DNA from: a virus
Taxonomy: Duplodnaviria > Caudoviricetes
Virus record (IMG/VR): IMGVR_UViG_3300037423_002135
Coordinates: 1 to 26,109 of that record
DNA: 26,109 nucleotides
Direction: 5' to 3' (one strand)
The position numbers and the translations under genes were made by a program. Below are positions 1 through 9,253 of the stretch, piece after piece (the stretch's first letter is position 1; the number at the start of each line of letters is the position of its first letter). A model generated the notes under the pieces. That model was not told the origin of the DNA. It ran no database searches and worked only from the letters and a program-made list of their open reading frames with translations.

Positions 1-1328
1 GCCCCGGCCTGGGCCGCGGACCCCGCCGCCTGGTTGGCGTAGTTGGTGGCGATCGCGTCGATCTTGCGCATCCGGTCGGCCCACGCCGCGCCGAACCTCT
101 CCTTGCCTTGGGTCTGGGCGTAGCGCTCCCGCCGCAGCTGGTTGAACTTGGCGACGTCGCCGCCGGACTGGGCCAGCATCTGCTTGGCCGCCCCCTGGCC
201 CTGGTTGACCGCCGCGTCGAAGACCGAGATCGCCAGCGCCGGATTGGCCTGCAGCAGCTGGTCGCCGCCGACGGCGTCCCAGTATTCGCTCTTCAGGATC
301 TCCGACGCCCGGTCCCCGGTGAGGTTCTTGACGTCCTCCCTCGGGTGGTTCTTCTGGGTGATGCCGAACCGGGTGATCCCCGCCCCGTCGCCGAGATCGA
401 CGATCTTGTCGCCGCCTTCGAGCTTGTCGCGTACGAAGGTGATGATCGCGTCGCGGTTCGCCGCCGGAACCGAGGCGGTGCCGGACACGTCGGTCGAGGA
501 ACCAGGGTAGGCAGCGCCGCCGCCAGACGTTCCGCCGCTGACGCCACCGCTGTCGCCGTTGTTGTTGGCCGGATTCCAGGCGCTGGTGAACAGCTCCGGG
601 GTCAGTTTCTGGATCGCCAGTTTGGCGACCGCCTGGCTGACCTTGCCGTTGCCGACCATGGCCTGGACTTCCTTGACGGCGTCCTGCTGGGTCAGCGAGC
701 GGCCCGCCACGTCGGTGGCCAGGGCCCCGGCCTGCTTGTCGTCGGCGGCGTCGGCCTCGCGCTTGTCGACGGTCAGTCCGGAATCCCGCACGCTGTTGCT
801 CCGCGAGGCGGAGTTCAGCGCGTTGTCGAGCAGCGTGTTGACGTCGTACCCGGCGTCGCTGGCCGCGCTCACGAAGTCCGAAGACCCGACCATGTCAGCC
901 AGCGCCTTGGCGTCGTGGCTGGCGATGTAGGGGGTCAGCAGCGCCAGCTTGGCGTTCAGTCCCGGCAGCGCCTCGTCGTGCTTCTTGGTGCGGCCGAGGG
1001 TGTAGGCGCTCAGGTCGTGGACGTCCTGGCGGGCCTGGTTGTCCAGCAGCACCCCGGCCTGGTTGTTGGCGAACTTCAGCACGTCGGCGCTGACCGCGGT
1101 CGGGTCGAACCCGGCCACGGCGTTCTGCACCCCGGCCTGGTCCTTGGCCTGGATCACCGCCGCCATGAGCCGGTTGGAGGCGTCGTTGACCCGGTCGGCC
1201 TGCACCCGGTCGAGCGTGCCGCGGGCGGCGCTGAAGGCGTTGTTCAGCAGGTTGGCCGCCAGCTGCCGGGCGTCGGTGACGCCGGAGAAGTTCGGTTGGT
1301 CGACGTTGCGCCAGGTCAGTTGCGGCAT
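1..1328 (-). CDS. Virion/ejection protein at the N4 gp51 position with an internal GH108 (lysozyme-like) domain; 3' end runs off the window
   Basis: Not in the ORF track; translated by hand from ATG at 1328 (MPQLTWRNVDQPNFSG...) and open for 442 codons to the window edge. Contains LEGGDKIVDLGDGAGITRFGITQ...LTGDRASEILKSEYW...LAISVFDAAVNQGQGAAKQML, which matches the GH108 pattern. It follows the gp52-like gene as in N4 synteny. Confidence 0.85.
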   Translation of the reverse strand, partial: MPQLTWRNVDQPNFSGVTDARQLAANLLNNAFSAARGTLDRVQADRVNDASNRLMAAVIQAKDQAGVQNAVAGFDPTAVSADVLKFANNQAGVLLDNQARQDVHDLSAYTLGRTKKHDEALPGLNAKLALLTPYIASHDAKALADMVGSSDFVSAASDAGYDVNTLLDNALNSASRSNSVRDSGLTVDKREADAADDKQAGALATDVAGRSLTQQDAVKEVQAMVGNGKVSQAVAKLAIQKLTPELFTSAWNPANNNGDSGGVSGGTSGGGAAYPGSSTDVSGTASVPAANRDAIITFVRDKLEGGDKIVDLGDGAGITRFGITQKNHPREDVKNLTGDRASEILKSEYWDAVGGDQLLQANPALAISVFDAAVNQGQGAAKQMLAQSGGDVAKFNQLRRERYAQTQGKERFGAAWADRMRKIDAIATNYANQAAGSAAQAG

Positions 1329-1363
1329 CACAGTTTTCCCGAATATGCGACGAGATTATCTAG

Positions 1364-1864
1364 TTAACCGCCTGGCTGCTTCAGCGAGTGTCCGGCGATG
1401 TACGCCGCCGCCGCGTCGGCGGTCAGCCCCCCGGCCTGGCCGGTCTCCGCCGCCGCCCGCGAACGGATGCGGTCCTCCAGCGCCGTGTTGTAGCTGCTGA
1501 TCTGGTTGGCCAGGTTGGCGTCGGTGATCCGCTTCTGGTAGGCGAACTGCTGCTTGGCCAGCTTGTTGGCCTCCCAGGCCTGCCACAGGTTGCCGACCGC
1601 CTGCAGGCCGCCCAGCGCCGTGTTGGCGGTGCCCAGGTTGAACCCCAGCGGCGTCGACAGACCCGTGCCCGGAATCCCTATGCCGCCCCAGCCGTTGACG
1701 CCGTAGATCGGCGACCCGCCGATCCCGCCAGGGCTGCCGGAGCCGCCGTTCTGCAGATAGGCCCCGGCGGCGCTGGCGACCGGATTGGAGCCCGGACTGG
1801 CGTACGCGCCGGTCGGCGTGAAGGCGGCGAGGGCGGCGGGACCGATGGCGTCACCGAGATACAT
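1364..1864 (-). CDS. Small virion structural protein (N4 gp52-like)
   Basis: 166 aa; Gly-rich N-half then a helical C-half (WQAWEANKLAKQQF...NLANQISSYNTALEDRIRSR); syntenic position after gp53. Confidence 0.75.
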   Translation of the reverse strand: MYLGDAIGPAALAAFTPTGAYASPGSNPVASAAGAYLQNGGSGSPGGIGGSPIYGVNGWGGIGIPGTGLSTPLGFNLGTANTALGGLQAVGNLWQAWEANKLAKQQFAYQKRITDANLANQISSYNTALEDRIRSRAAAETGQAGGLTADAAAAYIAGHSLKQPGG

Positions 1865-1885
1865 TTTCTTTCTCCATACCCCTGA

Positions 1886-4600
1886 TTATTCCGAAAATGC
1901 GTCCGGGAGCTGCAGGCTGAGCTGAGGGAAGTTCCGGATCAGCTCGACGGCCATCTCGGCAATTTCGCTTCCGGTCATCAAGGTCCGGGTCAGGAAAGTG
2001 TCGACGCTCTCGTGAACGATCCTGGCGCTGTCCGCGAACATGAGCGGATCGATCTTCACCTCTCCATACCCGAATTCTTTGAAATACGCCTGCTGGATTT
2101 TCGAGGCCTCTTCCTCGGCCTGTTTCTGATAATCCAGCATCTGCTGCTGGATCTCCAGGGTGTCGCCGCTGACCACCGCCGCGTAGGCCCCGATCACCGC
2201 GTTGGTGATCTGCAGCAGCACCTGCGGCTGCATCAGCCGCGAGATGGCCTGGCTGAAGTCGCCGCCGGGGGCCAGCACGTTGATCACCACGAAGGCGACC
2301 AGGGCGACGATCTCGCCGACCTTGTGGCCGAACAGGGCCACCGCCGCCTTCTCCAGCACCGCCATCAGCACGGTGGCGACCAGCATGTTGATCACCGCAT
2401 GGATCAGCACGTTGATGATCACCTGGACGATCACCTGGGTGACCGCGAAGGTGCCCGCCCCGGCCTGGATCCCGGCCAGCGGGTTCTGGGTCGCCAGGGT
2501 GACGATGACGGCGATGATCACCGACAGCAGGACGCGGAAGAAACCCTTCTGCCACCAGTGGCGCTTGACGATCTGGTAGCTGTTGACGACCAGGAACAGG
2601 CAGGCGGTGGTCATCTGGGTCGAATCGACCAGCGACATGGCCTTCAGGGTCTCGTAGTGCAGCGGAACCAGGAAGCCGGATTCGTCCTCGTCGTCCAGCG
2701 CCGCGCTGGCCCGGATGACCACGCTCTTGCCCTGGTAGACGGAGTTGACGTGGGTCAGGCCGACCATCTCCAGGTAGGTGTAGCTACCGGCGTCGCGTTG
2801 CCAGTACAGCCGCACCCGATCGAGCGTGTAGGTGGCGCTGAAGCCCAGCAGCAGCTGGAACAGGTCGGCGCTGACCGAATCCGAGGTCAGCTTCTCGAAC
2901 CACAGCTCGCCCGGCTTGGCGTCGGGCTTGGCCAGGCCGACGCCGTGGTCGTCGCTGACGAACAGCCAGCGCAGCTCGATGCGGTAGGCGGTGTCGGCCG
3001 GACCGGTGTTGGCCAGCACCAGCTTGTTGACCGGCAGGCTGCTCAGCGCGGACGGCCGCGGCGGTTCCGGCGTGCCGTACAGGGGATCGCTGGGGACCGC
3101 CTGGGCCTCGAACCAGGTCATCCAGGTGGCGAACGTGGCGTTGCCCGCGGCCTGCTCGGCCTTCCAGATGGCGTAGAAGCTCGGCCCGCCGATCTGGGTG
3201 GCCTGCAGATTTTCGAAGAACTTGTACAGGTATTTCCGGCAGGAGTTGTCCAGCACGTTCAGCGACACCCCAGGGACCACGTAGATGTAGTCCATGTCGC
3301 CGAGGTGTTCGTTGGCCGCCAGCTCGTCGATCAGCTCGCTCAGCTTGCCGTTGGTCAGCTTCTTGTAGGCCTTGGTGGTCTGCGCGAACACCTCCGGCAT
3401 CAGGGTGTCGGACAGGAACTGGTTGTTGTGGCGGATCGGGATGAACGGGAAGAACTGGCCGTAGTCCCCGGCGTCGTCCTGCAGGCCGTCGAAGAAGGCG
3501 TCGCCCGAGCCGTGCTTGTAGATGTACAGTCTGGTCGGGCCGGAATCCGACAGCACGAACTCCTGGGTGTCGATGCGGTAGCTGCGGGCCACGGCCAGCG
3601 ATTCGGTCACCGTGGTGGTGGTCGTCGTGGTGGTCACCGTCACCCCGCCGCCGAGGGTGTCGGTGCTGGTCGTGGTGTCGGTGCTGGTGGCGCTGACCAC
3701 CGTGGCGGTCTCGTGCTGGTGCTCGGTCTCCTGGCGGCGCTTGAGCTCGCCGCTGCCGGGGTCCCGCCCGAGATAGACGCTGCGGTTCCAGGTCTTGTCC
3801 AGGTCGCTCCAGCTGCCGGTGCTGGTGGTCGTCGTCGGCCCGCTGCTGCTGGTCTCGTCCGGACGCCCGTCGGAATAGTGCTTCACCGTGGTGGAGCTGA
3901 CCGTGGTGTGCAGGGTCGTGGTCTGCGGCGTCGCGCTCGACGCGGTCAGCGTCCAGCCGTCGGCCGGATCGGTGGCCGGGAACGCCGCGCCGCCGAGCGC
4001 GACGGTCGAGCCGGTGAGCAGCGGGCCGGAGACGCCGGAGCTCGTCTCGTTGTAGTAGATATATAGATAATCGGCCGCATAATCGAAGTTAACCGGCGTG
4101 AACGTCGCGGTGGTGGCGTCCGGGAAGGTGATGGTGATCTCGCCGGTGGTCCCGTTCAGGTCGCTGGTCCAGGCCCCGCCGAAGTCGGCCGGACGATGCT
4201 CCAGGATCCACTGCTCGGCCCAGTAGGTGAAGTCGGCCAGCCCCATGTCGGTCTGCTGCACCCAGGTGGCGACGTCGCCGCCCAGCCCGAGCACCAGGTC
4301 CAGCTCGGCCCCCACCGCCGCGGTGTTGATCGACACCGTGCCCTTCAGGCGGCCGGACATCAGTCCGACCTCGCCGTAGTGGGCGGGGACGGCGGCCCAG
4401 CGGTAGAACGAGCGGAACTTGATGCCGGGGCCGCCGAGGTAGCCCTGTTCCAGGGTGTCGGCGATCCCCGGACTGGACGGCGACAGCACCGACCGGACGA
4501 CCAGGGTCTGCAGGTAGTTGACCCGCTCGGCCTCGTCGCCCGCCAGGTTGAACGCCGAGGAGGCGACGTAGATCTTCTTGTCTTCGCTGAACAGCCCCAT
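1886..4600 (-). CDS. Large structural protein (N4 gp53-like) with C-terminal hydrophobic/transmembrane segments
   Basis: 904 aa; starts MGLFS..KIYVASS; has KRHWWQKGFFRVLLSVIIAVIV followed by several hydrophobic helices; sits between gp54- and gp52-like genes; strong GC3 codon bias. Confidence 0.8.
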   Translation of the reverse strand: MGLFSEDKKIYVASSAFNLAGDEAERVNYLQTLVVRSVLSPSSPGIADTLEQGYLGGPGIKFRSFYRWAAVPAHYGEVGLMSGRLKGTVSINTAAVGAELDLVLGLGGDVATWVQQTDMGLADFTYWAEQWILEHRPADFGGAWTSDLNGTTGEITITFPDATTATFTPVNFDYAADYLYIYYNETSSGVSGPLLTGSTVALGGAAFPATDPADGWTLTASSATPQTTTLHTTVSSTTVKHYSDGRPDETSSSGPTTTTSTGSWSDLDKTWNRSVYLGRDPGSGELKRRQETEHQHETATVVSATSTDTTTSTDTLGGGVTVTTTTTTTTVTESLAVARSYRIDTQEFVLSDSGPTRLYIYKHGSGDAFFDGLQDDAGDYGQFFPFIPIRHNNQFLSDTLMPEVFAQTTKAYKKLTNGKLSELIDELAANEHLGDMDYIYVVPGVSLNVLDNSCRKYLYKFFENLQATQIGGPSFYAIWKAEQAAGNATFATWMTWFEAQAVPSDPLYGTPEPPRPSALSSLPVNKLVLANTGPADTAYRIELRWLFVSDDHGVGLAKPDAKPGELWFEKLTSDSVSADLFQLLLGFSATYTLDRVRLYWQRDAGSYTYLEMVGLTHVNSVYQGKSVVIRASAALDDEDESGFLVPLHYETLKAMSLVDSTQMTTACLFLVVNSYQIVKRHWWQKGFFRVLLSVIIAVIVTLATQNPLAGIQAGAGTFAVTQVIVQVIINVLIHAVINMLVATVLMAVLEKAAVALFGHKVGEIVALVAFVVINVLAPGGDFSQAISRLMQPQVLLQITNAVIGAYAAVVSGDTLEIQQQMLDYQKQAEEEASKIQQAYFKEFGYGEVKIDPLMFADSARIVHESVDTFLTRTLMTGSEIAEMAVELIRNFPQLSLQLPDAFSE

Positions 4601-4618
4601 GCGGCGAGCCTCCCTGGC

Positions 4619-5500
4619 TCAGACGCTGAGGTTGGTCCGCAGCGCGCCGAGCAGCGTGTCCAGCTGGGTGTTCTGGAACTGGGGCGGCGGCAGCAGGCCC
4701 TCGTCCAGCGTCTTCTGGGTGATCCAGGCGTCGACCCACATCTTGGCCGCCTTGGTCTCCGCGTCGCGCTTGTAGGAGGTGATCTGCTGGTCGTACAGCG
4801 CCTTCTGCTTGCCCAGCACCCCGGTCACCGCCGGACCGTCGCTGCGGGTGTCCAGGGTCTGCGCCCGCTGCGCCTCGGTCTGTTCGGACAGCAGCTGCAG
4901 CTGCTTGGGGAAGATGTTGGCCTGGGTGTAGGTCTTGCCCGCGTTGTCCAGCGCCACGCCCGCGTAGGTGACGTCCTCGGTGGCCAGCTTCATCTCGGTC
5001 AGCGCGTAGTTGGCCTTGGCGGTCAGCGCCGTGTACTGGGTCGCCGCCAGCGACGCCTTGGCCACCTCCAGGTCGACCCGGGCCTTGGTCAGTTCGACCT
5101 CCGCGGTGCGCGCCTGGCGTTGAACCAGGAGGGCCTGCAGATAGGCGCTGTCCTTGCTCAGCAGGAACTGCACCGCGCTCTGCATGGCCACCTGCACCAG
5201 GCCGATGTAGGCCTTGGTGTACTCCTGGCCGGTGATTCGGTTCTCTTCGTACTCTTTGCGCAGATGCGCGGCGACGGAGGCCATCAGCACGTCGAAGGTG
5301 CCGGAGCCGCCCACCACCCCGGCGGTGAGGTCCGCGTTCGTCAACCGGGTGACGGTCCCGTACAGCTCGCCGGACGGATCCGGCTGGTCGAAGACGGAAT
5401 CGTCGAGATCCGGCGTCGGGATCTCGAAGCTGGTTCCTACGGTCAGGTTGGCCAGCAGGGTGACGGCGAGCGTGTCCGCACCGGACGGGGTGATGGGCAT
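4619..5500 (-). CDS. Virion structural protein (N4 gp54-like)
   Basis: 293 aa with GSGTFDVLMAS...ITGQEYTKAYI and GVLGKQKALYDQQITSYKRDAETKAAKMWVDAWITQKT motifs typical of this N4-like protein; synteny. Confidence 0.8.
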   Translation of the reverse strand: MPITPSGADTLAVTLLANLTVGTSFEIPTPDLDDSVFDQPDPSGELYGTVTRLTNADLTAGVVGGSGTFDVLMASVAAHLRKEYEENRITGQEYTKAYIGLVQVAMQSAVQFLLSKDSAYLQALLVQRQARTAEVELTKARVDLEVAKASLAATQYTALTAKANYALTEMKLATEDVTYAGVALDNAGKTYTQANIFPKQLQLLSEQTEAQRAQTLDTRSDGPAVTGVLGKQKALYDQQITSYKRDAETKAAKMWVDAWITQKTLDEGLLPPPQFQNTQLDTLLGALRTNLSV

Positions 5501-5538
5501 TTTATGTTACTCCGTCTCGGATTTACTGGATAATCGGA

Positions 5539-6240
5539 TCAGTCGAGGCCCGCGGCCGCGGCCTGGGCGGCGGCCAGCTTGGCCAGCTCGGCCGGGGTCA
5601 GCTGCGGCAGCACCTCGATGGCGAATTCGCGGGCCATGGTCTGCTCGACCACTTCCTGGCCGCGGGAGGTCTTGCGGACCCGGATGTTGAGGAACTCCCG
5701 TTCCAGCAGCGCCGTGTAGATGCAGTAGGGGATGTGGTAGCCGTTGTCGGTCACCTCGCCATAGGGCACGAACTTACGCACGTTGCCGAGGAACTCGTTG
5801 GCGACGGTGAAGATCTCGCCCGGCAGATCCTTCTTCTTCGGATCCAGGTTGGTGATGCGGCAGCGCACCAGCCTCATCTGCTCGGCGTAGAGCTCCTCGC
5901 GCAGGACCTGTTCGCGCGATTTCGGCGGGATGCTCGGCGCGGCGGAAGACGGCTGCCGGATCTCGGGGTCCGACGGCGGCGCGTCGGCTTCGCCGTTCTG
6001 CTTGGCCTCGACCTTGGCGCGCAGGGCGTCGACGCCGATGTTGTTGGAGAACTGGATGCCCATCAGCCGGGCCCGCTGTTTCAGCATGTCGAGCTCGCTC
6101 GGCTGTTCCGGGGCGACGGGAGTCTCCGGCGCTTTCGGGGCTTCCGCAGCCGCGGCCATCGGAGCCGGAGCCGGAGTCTCGGTCGGCGTGGTCGGCGTGG
6201 TCTGGGTCTTCGGCAGGCCGTTGAACAGTTCTTTGGTCAT
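5539..6240 (-). CDS. Conserved N4 gp55-like protein
   Basis: 233 aa with ELDMLKQRARLMGIQFSNNIG and LVRCRITNLDPKKKDLPGEIFTVAN...EFAIEVLPQLT motifs; immediately downstream of the capsid gene. Confidence 0.8.
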   Translation of the reverse strand: MTKELFNGLPKTQTTPTTPTETPAPAPMAAAAEAPKAPETPVAPEQPSELDMLKQRARLMGIQFSNNIGVDALRAKVEAKQNGEADAPPSDPEIRQPSSAAPSIPPKSREQVLREELYAEQMRLVRCRITNLDPKKKDLPGEIFTVANEFLGNVRKFVPYGEVTDNGYHIPYCIYTALLEREFLNIRVRKTSRGQEVVEQTMAREFAIEVLPQLTPAELAKLAAAQAAAAGLD

Positions 6241-6274
6241 TTCGATTTCCTAGGGTTTATACGGGATTATCTAG

Positions 6275-6308
6275 AAAAAAGGGGAGGAGAGCAATCTCCC
6301 CTCCCCTT
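6275..6308 (-). terminator. Rho-independent terminator after the major capsid gene
   Basis: Minus strand AAGGGGAG(GG)GAGA-TTGC-TCTCCTCCCC-TTTTTT: GC-rich stem with a 2-nt bulge, followed by a U-tract. Confidence 0.8.
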
Positions 6309-6336
6309 CCCGACTCAGGTCAGTCCGGCCCGCCGA

Positions 6337-7536
6337 TCAGAGCGGCGCGACGGTCTTGATCAGGCCGATGCGTTCCGGGCGCTTGGCCAGGAAGCCGTAG
6401 TACCACTTGATCGACGAGAAGCCGGTCTCCCCGTACGGATCGTTGCGGTCGGCGGTCTCCTTGCCCGGCATCTTGGTGGTCACCGAGAACTTCACCGTCT
6501 TGCCGTCGGTCTGGAAGCCGATGGTGGTGAAGCTGTCGTCGCCGACCACCAGCATCGGGTAGACGTCGTAGTGGCCCGCGGTGGCCCGGTAGCCCGGGTT
6601 GGACACCACCGCCGCGCCGACCGTCGCCGATCCGGCCCAGTGCAGCATCTCCGGCACCAGCACGATGCGGAAGGCGTCGATCGAACCGATCTCGCCGTTC
6701 AGCACGGTGCCCGCGTCGCCGTAGTGCTGCACCGGGATGAAGGCCTGGTTGTTGAACAGGTCCTTCATGCCCTTCAGCAGCGGCACCAGCTCGGAGCCGA
6801 CGAACATCACCCGCCCGGCCGGAATGGTCTTGGTGTCGACCAGGCGCGAGCCGGTGATCACCGTGGTCTGCTTCGGGGTGCGGTTGTCGTTGAGGATCTG
6901 GTCCAGCCGCATCAGGTTGGCATAGCTGACCACCGACGGCGTCGCGCCCTCGCCGGTGATGGTGGCGTTGGAGGTCGCCGCCCCGGCGTAGACGATGACG
7001 CCCGCGGCGTTGATCAGGTCCTTCTGCAGCGCCGCCTCGGTGAGCTGCACCGCGCCGTTCATCAGCTCCCGCGCCAGGTGGTCCATCAGCCCGGCGTCCG
7101 AGTCGAAGTCCAGGGCTTCCTGGGTGAACTCGGTGAAGAAGCCGAACTTGGCGATGGAGCCCTCGCGGGTCAGACGGGTGAAGCCGACGCGGTTCACCCG
7201 GCCCCCGGCCTCCGTCAGCGCCGGAAGCTTGGCGGTGATGGTGCCGATGTCGCGCGACGAGCCGTACAGGTTGCCGTTGGCGATGGTCGCCCCGGCGGCG
7301 TCGAGGCCCTGGTCGTTGACGTTGCGGTCGTCGAGCAGCGGCACGTACTCGTAGACCTTGATCGCCTTGCCGTAGTTCTTCGGCATGTTGGTGACCGAGG
7401 CCAGCGGCATGAAGTACTGGTCCTTGCGCGACTGGATGATGGCGTTCTTCAGATAGAAGAACGTGTTCATCTGGTCGGAGCCAGCGCCGTCGATCGAAGA
7501 TTTGCTGCCCTGCTTGGGCGCGTTGTAGTTCAACAT
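6337..7536 (-). CDS. Major capsid protein (N4 gp56 family)
   Basis: 399 aa with [47 protein letters not shown] and [17 protein letters not shown], hallmark motifs of N4-like capsid proteins. Confidence 0.95.
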   Translation of the reverse strand: MLNYNAPKQGSKSSIDGAGSDQMNTFFYLKNAIIQSRKDQYFMPLASVTNMPKNYGKAIKVYEYVPLLDDRNVNDQGLDAAGATIANGNLYGSSRDIGTITAKLPALTEAGGRVNRVGFTRLTREGSIAKFGFFTEFTQEALDFDSDAGLMDHLARELMNGAVQLTEAALQKDLINAAGVIVYAGAATSNATITGEGATPSVVSYANLMRLDQILNDNRTPKQTTVITGSRLVDTKTIPAGRVMFVGSELVPLLKGMKDLFNNQAFIPVQHYGDAGTVLNGEIGSIDAFRIVLVPEMLHWAGSATVGAAVVSNPGYRATAGHYDVYPMLVVGDDSFTTIGFQTDGKTVKFSVTTKMPGKETADRNDPYGETGFSSIKWYYGFLAKRPERIGLIKTVAPL

Positions 7537-7575
7537 CTCTCTATCCCCCGGCTCTGACTACGATCTTTCAGTCGA

Positions 7576-8787
7576 TCAGAGACGATTTGCGAAGTGCTTG
7601 AGGAATTCGTCGTCCGCCATTTCCAGCGGATTGACGAGCGGGGCGGCGGCCTTGGGGGTCGCCTGCGTCGGCGACGCGGCTCTCGCCTTGTCGCCGTTGG
7701 CCGCCGGAGCCTTGGGCGGGACCGTGCGGGTCGCGATCACCGCGGGCGGGGACTGCGGCTGCTGACCCGCTTGTGCGGCGGGGTCAGCCGTCTGATTCCC
7801 GAGGTGGGCGAACGCGCCGGAGCTCTTCAGAGCGTCACCGGCAAGGCGGTAGGCTTCCAGGAATGGCGTGTTGTGCGGGATTTCGCCGAGGAGTTTCCGA
7901 CGCTCGATCTCAGTGGCGATCTGGTCGTAGATGCCCAGTCGCCGCTGTTGCTGGATGATGGTCAGAACTTGCGGCTGATCCCAGAGCAGAGCCTTGCTCT
8001 GCGGATCCCACGTCTGGTGGATGACCTGAAGCGTCTCGGTGCCGCCGTCCTCAGCTTGGATCTGGGACAGCGTCTCCTCGAACGCCATTTCGGCATCACT
8101 GACCGAGTGATTTTTCGGCTGATAAACTACATTATCTTCCGAACTCAAATCAAGCGGATCGATACCGCTCTCCTTGATTAACTTTTTAATCGCCTCCGGA
8201 TTTCCTTGTTTCAGGTCGATCAGGAACGACAGCTCGGCCTCGTCGAGGAGGTTGTTCTTCTCCAGCATCCGCAGCGACTTCAGGTGCGGCTGCATGTCCT
8301 GCAGCTTGCGGCCGTAGCCCGCCCCCATCTGCACCAGGCGCTCGACCTCCTCCGGCGTGTTCAGCACCAGATCCTTGCCGTTGGCGCGGATCGGCTTGCC
8401 GATCAGCCGTTCGTAGAAGCCCTTGTAGTCGACTTCTTTCACCGCTTCCGGCGCACCGGCCTCGCCGTCGGTCTTGGAAGCCTCGGAACCAGGAGCAGGA
8501 GCCTGGGCCTCTCCGCCTTCGACCGGCGTCTTCACTGGCGTCTCGGCGGCCGGAGTTTCGCCCGGAGCCGCTTCCGCCGGGGTTTCGACAGCCGCCTCGA
8601 CAGAAGCTTCGACGGGGGCTTCGACGGGAGCTTCAGCCGGAGTCGCCGCGGCAGGCTGCGGGGAGCTTTCGCTCCCCGTTCCGCCCGCGCCCACAGCCGG
8701 ATCTGCGGCCGGATCCGCCGGAGTCTCCTCCGGGCCGTTGAGGGCGAGGAATTCCTCGTCCGACATTCCGAGATATTCTCTGGGCAT
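7576..8787 (-). CDS. N4 gp57-like protein (often annotated tape measure; probably scaffold-like)
   Basis: 403 aa; acidic Ala/Pro/Glu-rich N-terminus; IRANGK...LVQMGAGY motif; MSDEEFL and MADDEFL repeats at the two termini; lies upstream of the capsid gene. Confidence 0.8.
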   Translation of the reverse strand: MPREYLGMSDEEFLALNGPEETPADPAADPAVGAGGTGSESSPQPAAATPAEAPVEAPVEASVEAAVETPAEAAPGETPAAETPVKTPVEGGEAQAPAPGSEASKTDGEAGAPEAVKEVDYKGFYERLIGKPIRANGKDLVLNTPEEVERLVQMGAGYGRKLQDMQPHLKSLRMLEKNNLLDEAELSFLIDLKQGNPEAIKKLIKESGIDPLDLSSEDNVVYQPKNHSVSDAEMAFEETLSQIQAEDGGTETLQVIHQTWDPQSKALLWDQPQVLTIIQQQRRLGIYDQIATEIERRKLLGEIPHNTPFLEAYRLAGDALKSSGAFAHLGNQTADPAAQAGQQPQSPPAVIATRTVPPKAPAANGDKARAASPTQATPKAAAPLVNPLEMADDEFLKHFANRL

Positions 8788-8828
8788 TTTTATTGTTTCC
8801 GGATTCTGGATTTATTTAAAAACGCCCG

Positions 8829-9173
8829 TCAGTCCTCGGCGGACTCTTCGGCGCGCAGCTCGGCCAGCTCGGCGTGCTGCTCCGGCAGGTGCCGTTCGGC
8901 GTTGTTGCCCATGGCGACGATGGCGTTGATCCAGCGCTTCAGGTGACCGGCGGCCTGGGCCACGGCCAGGGCGTCGGCGCGGGATTCCTGGGCCAGGTTC
9001 GGGTCCGCCGACAGGTGGGTGTAGCGGGCGCATTCGTCCTTGCAGAAGCCGTCGAGGATCAGCGCGCGGAACTCGGGGTTGTTGCTCAGCTTCAACATGC
9101 GATCGCGCTGGACGACCACGGCTTCGGCGGCCTCGATTTCCTGCTGCAGGGCCAAAATGTCCGACATAATCAT
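8829..9173 (-). CDS. Conserved N4 gp58-like helical protein
   Basis: 114 aa with KLSNNPEFRALILDGF motif; located between portal and gp57. The start could be 9167. Confidence 0.75.
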   Translation of the reverse strand: MIMSDILALQQEIEAAEAVVVQRDRMLKLSNNPEFRALILDGFCKDECARYTHLSADPNLAQESRADALAVAQAAGHLKRWINAIVAMGNNAERHLPEQHAELAELRAEESAED

Positions 9174-9253
9174 TCCCGGGTTTGTTGGGTGGATTTCGAA
9201 GATAATTGTCTATCTCCGAAGATAATCCCCGGTCAAGATTATCTAGCCGTTAT

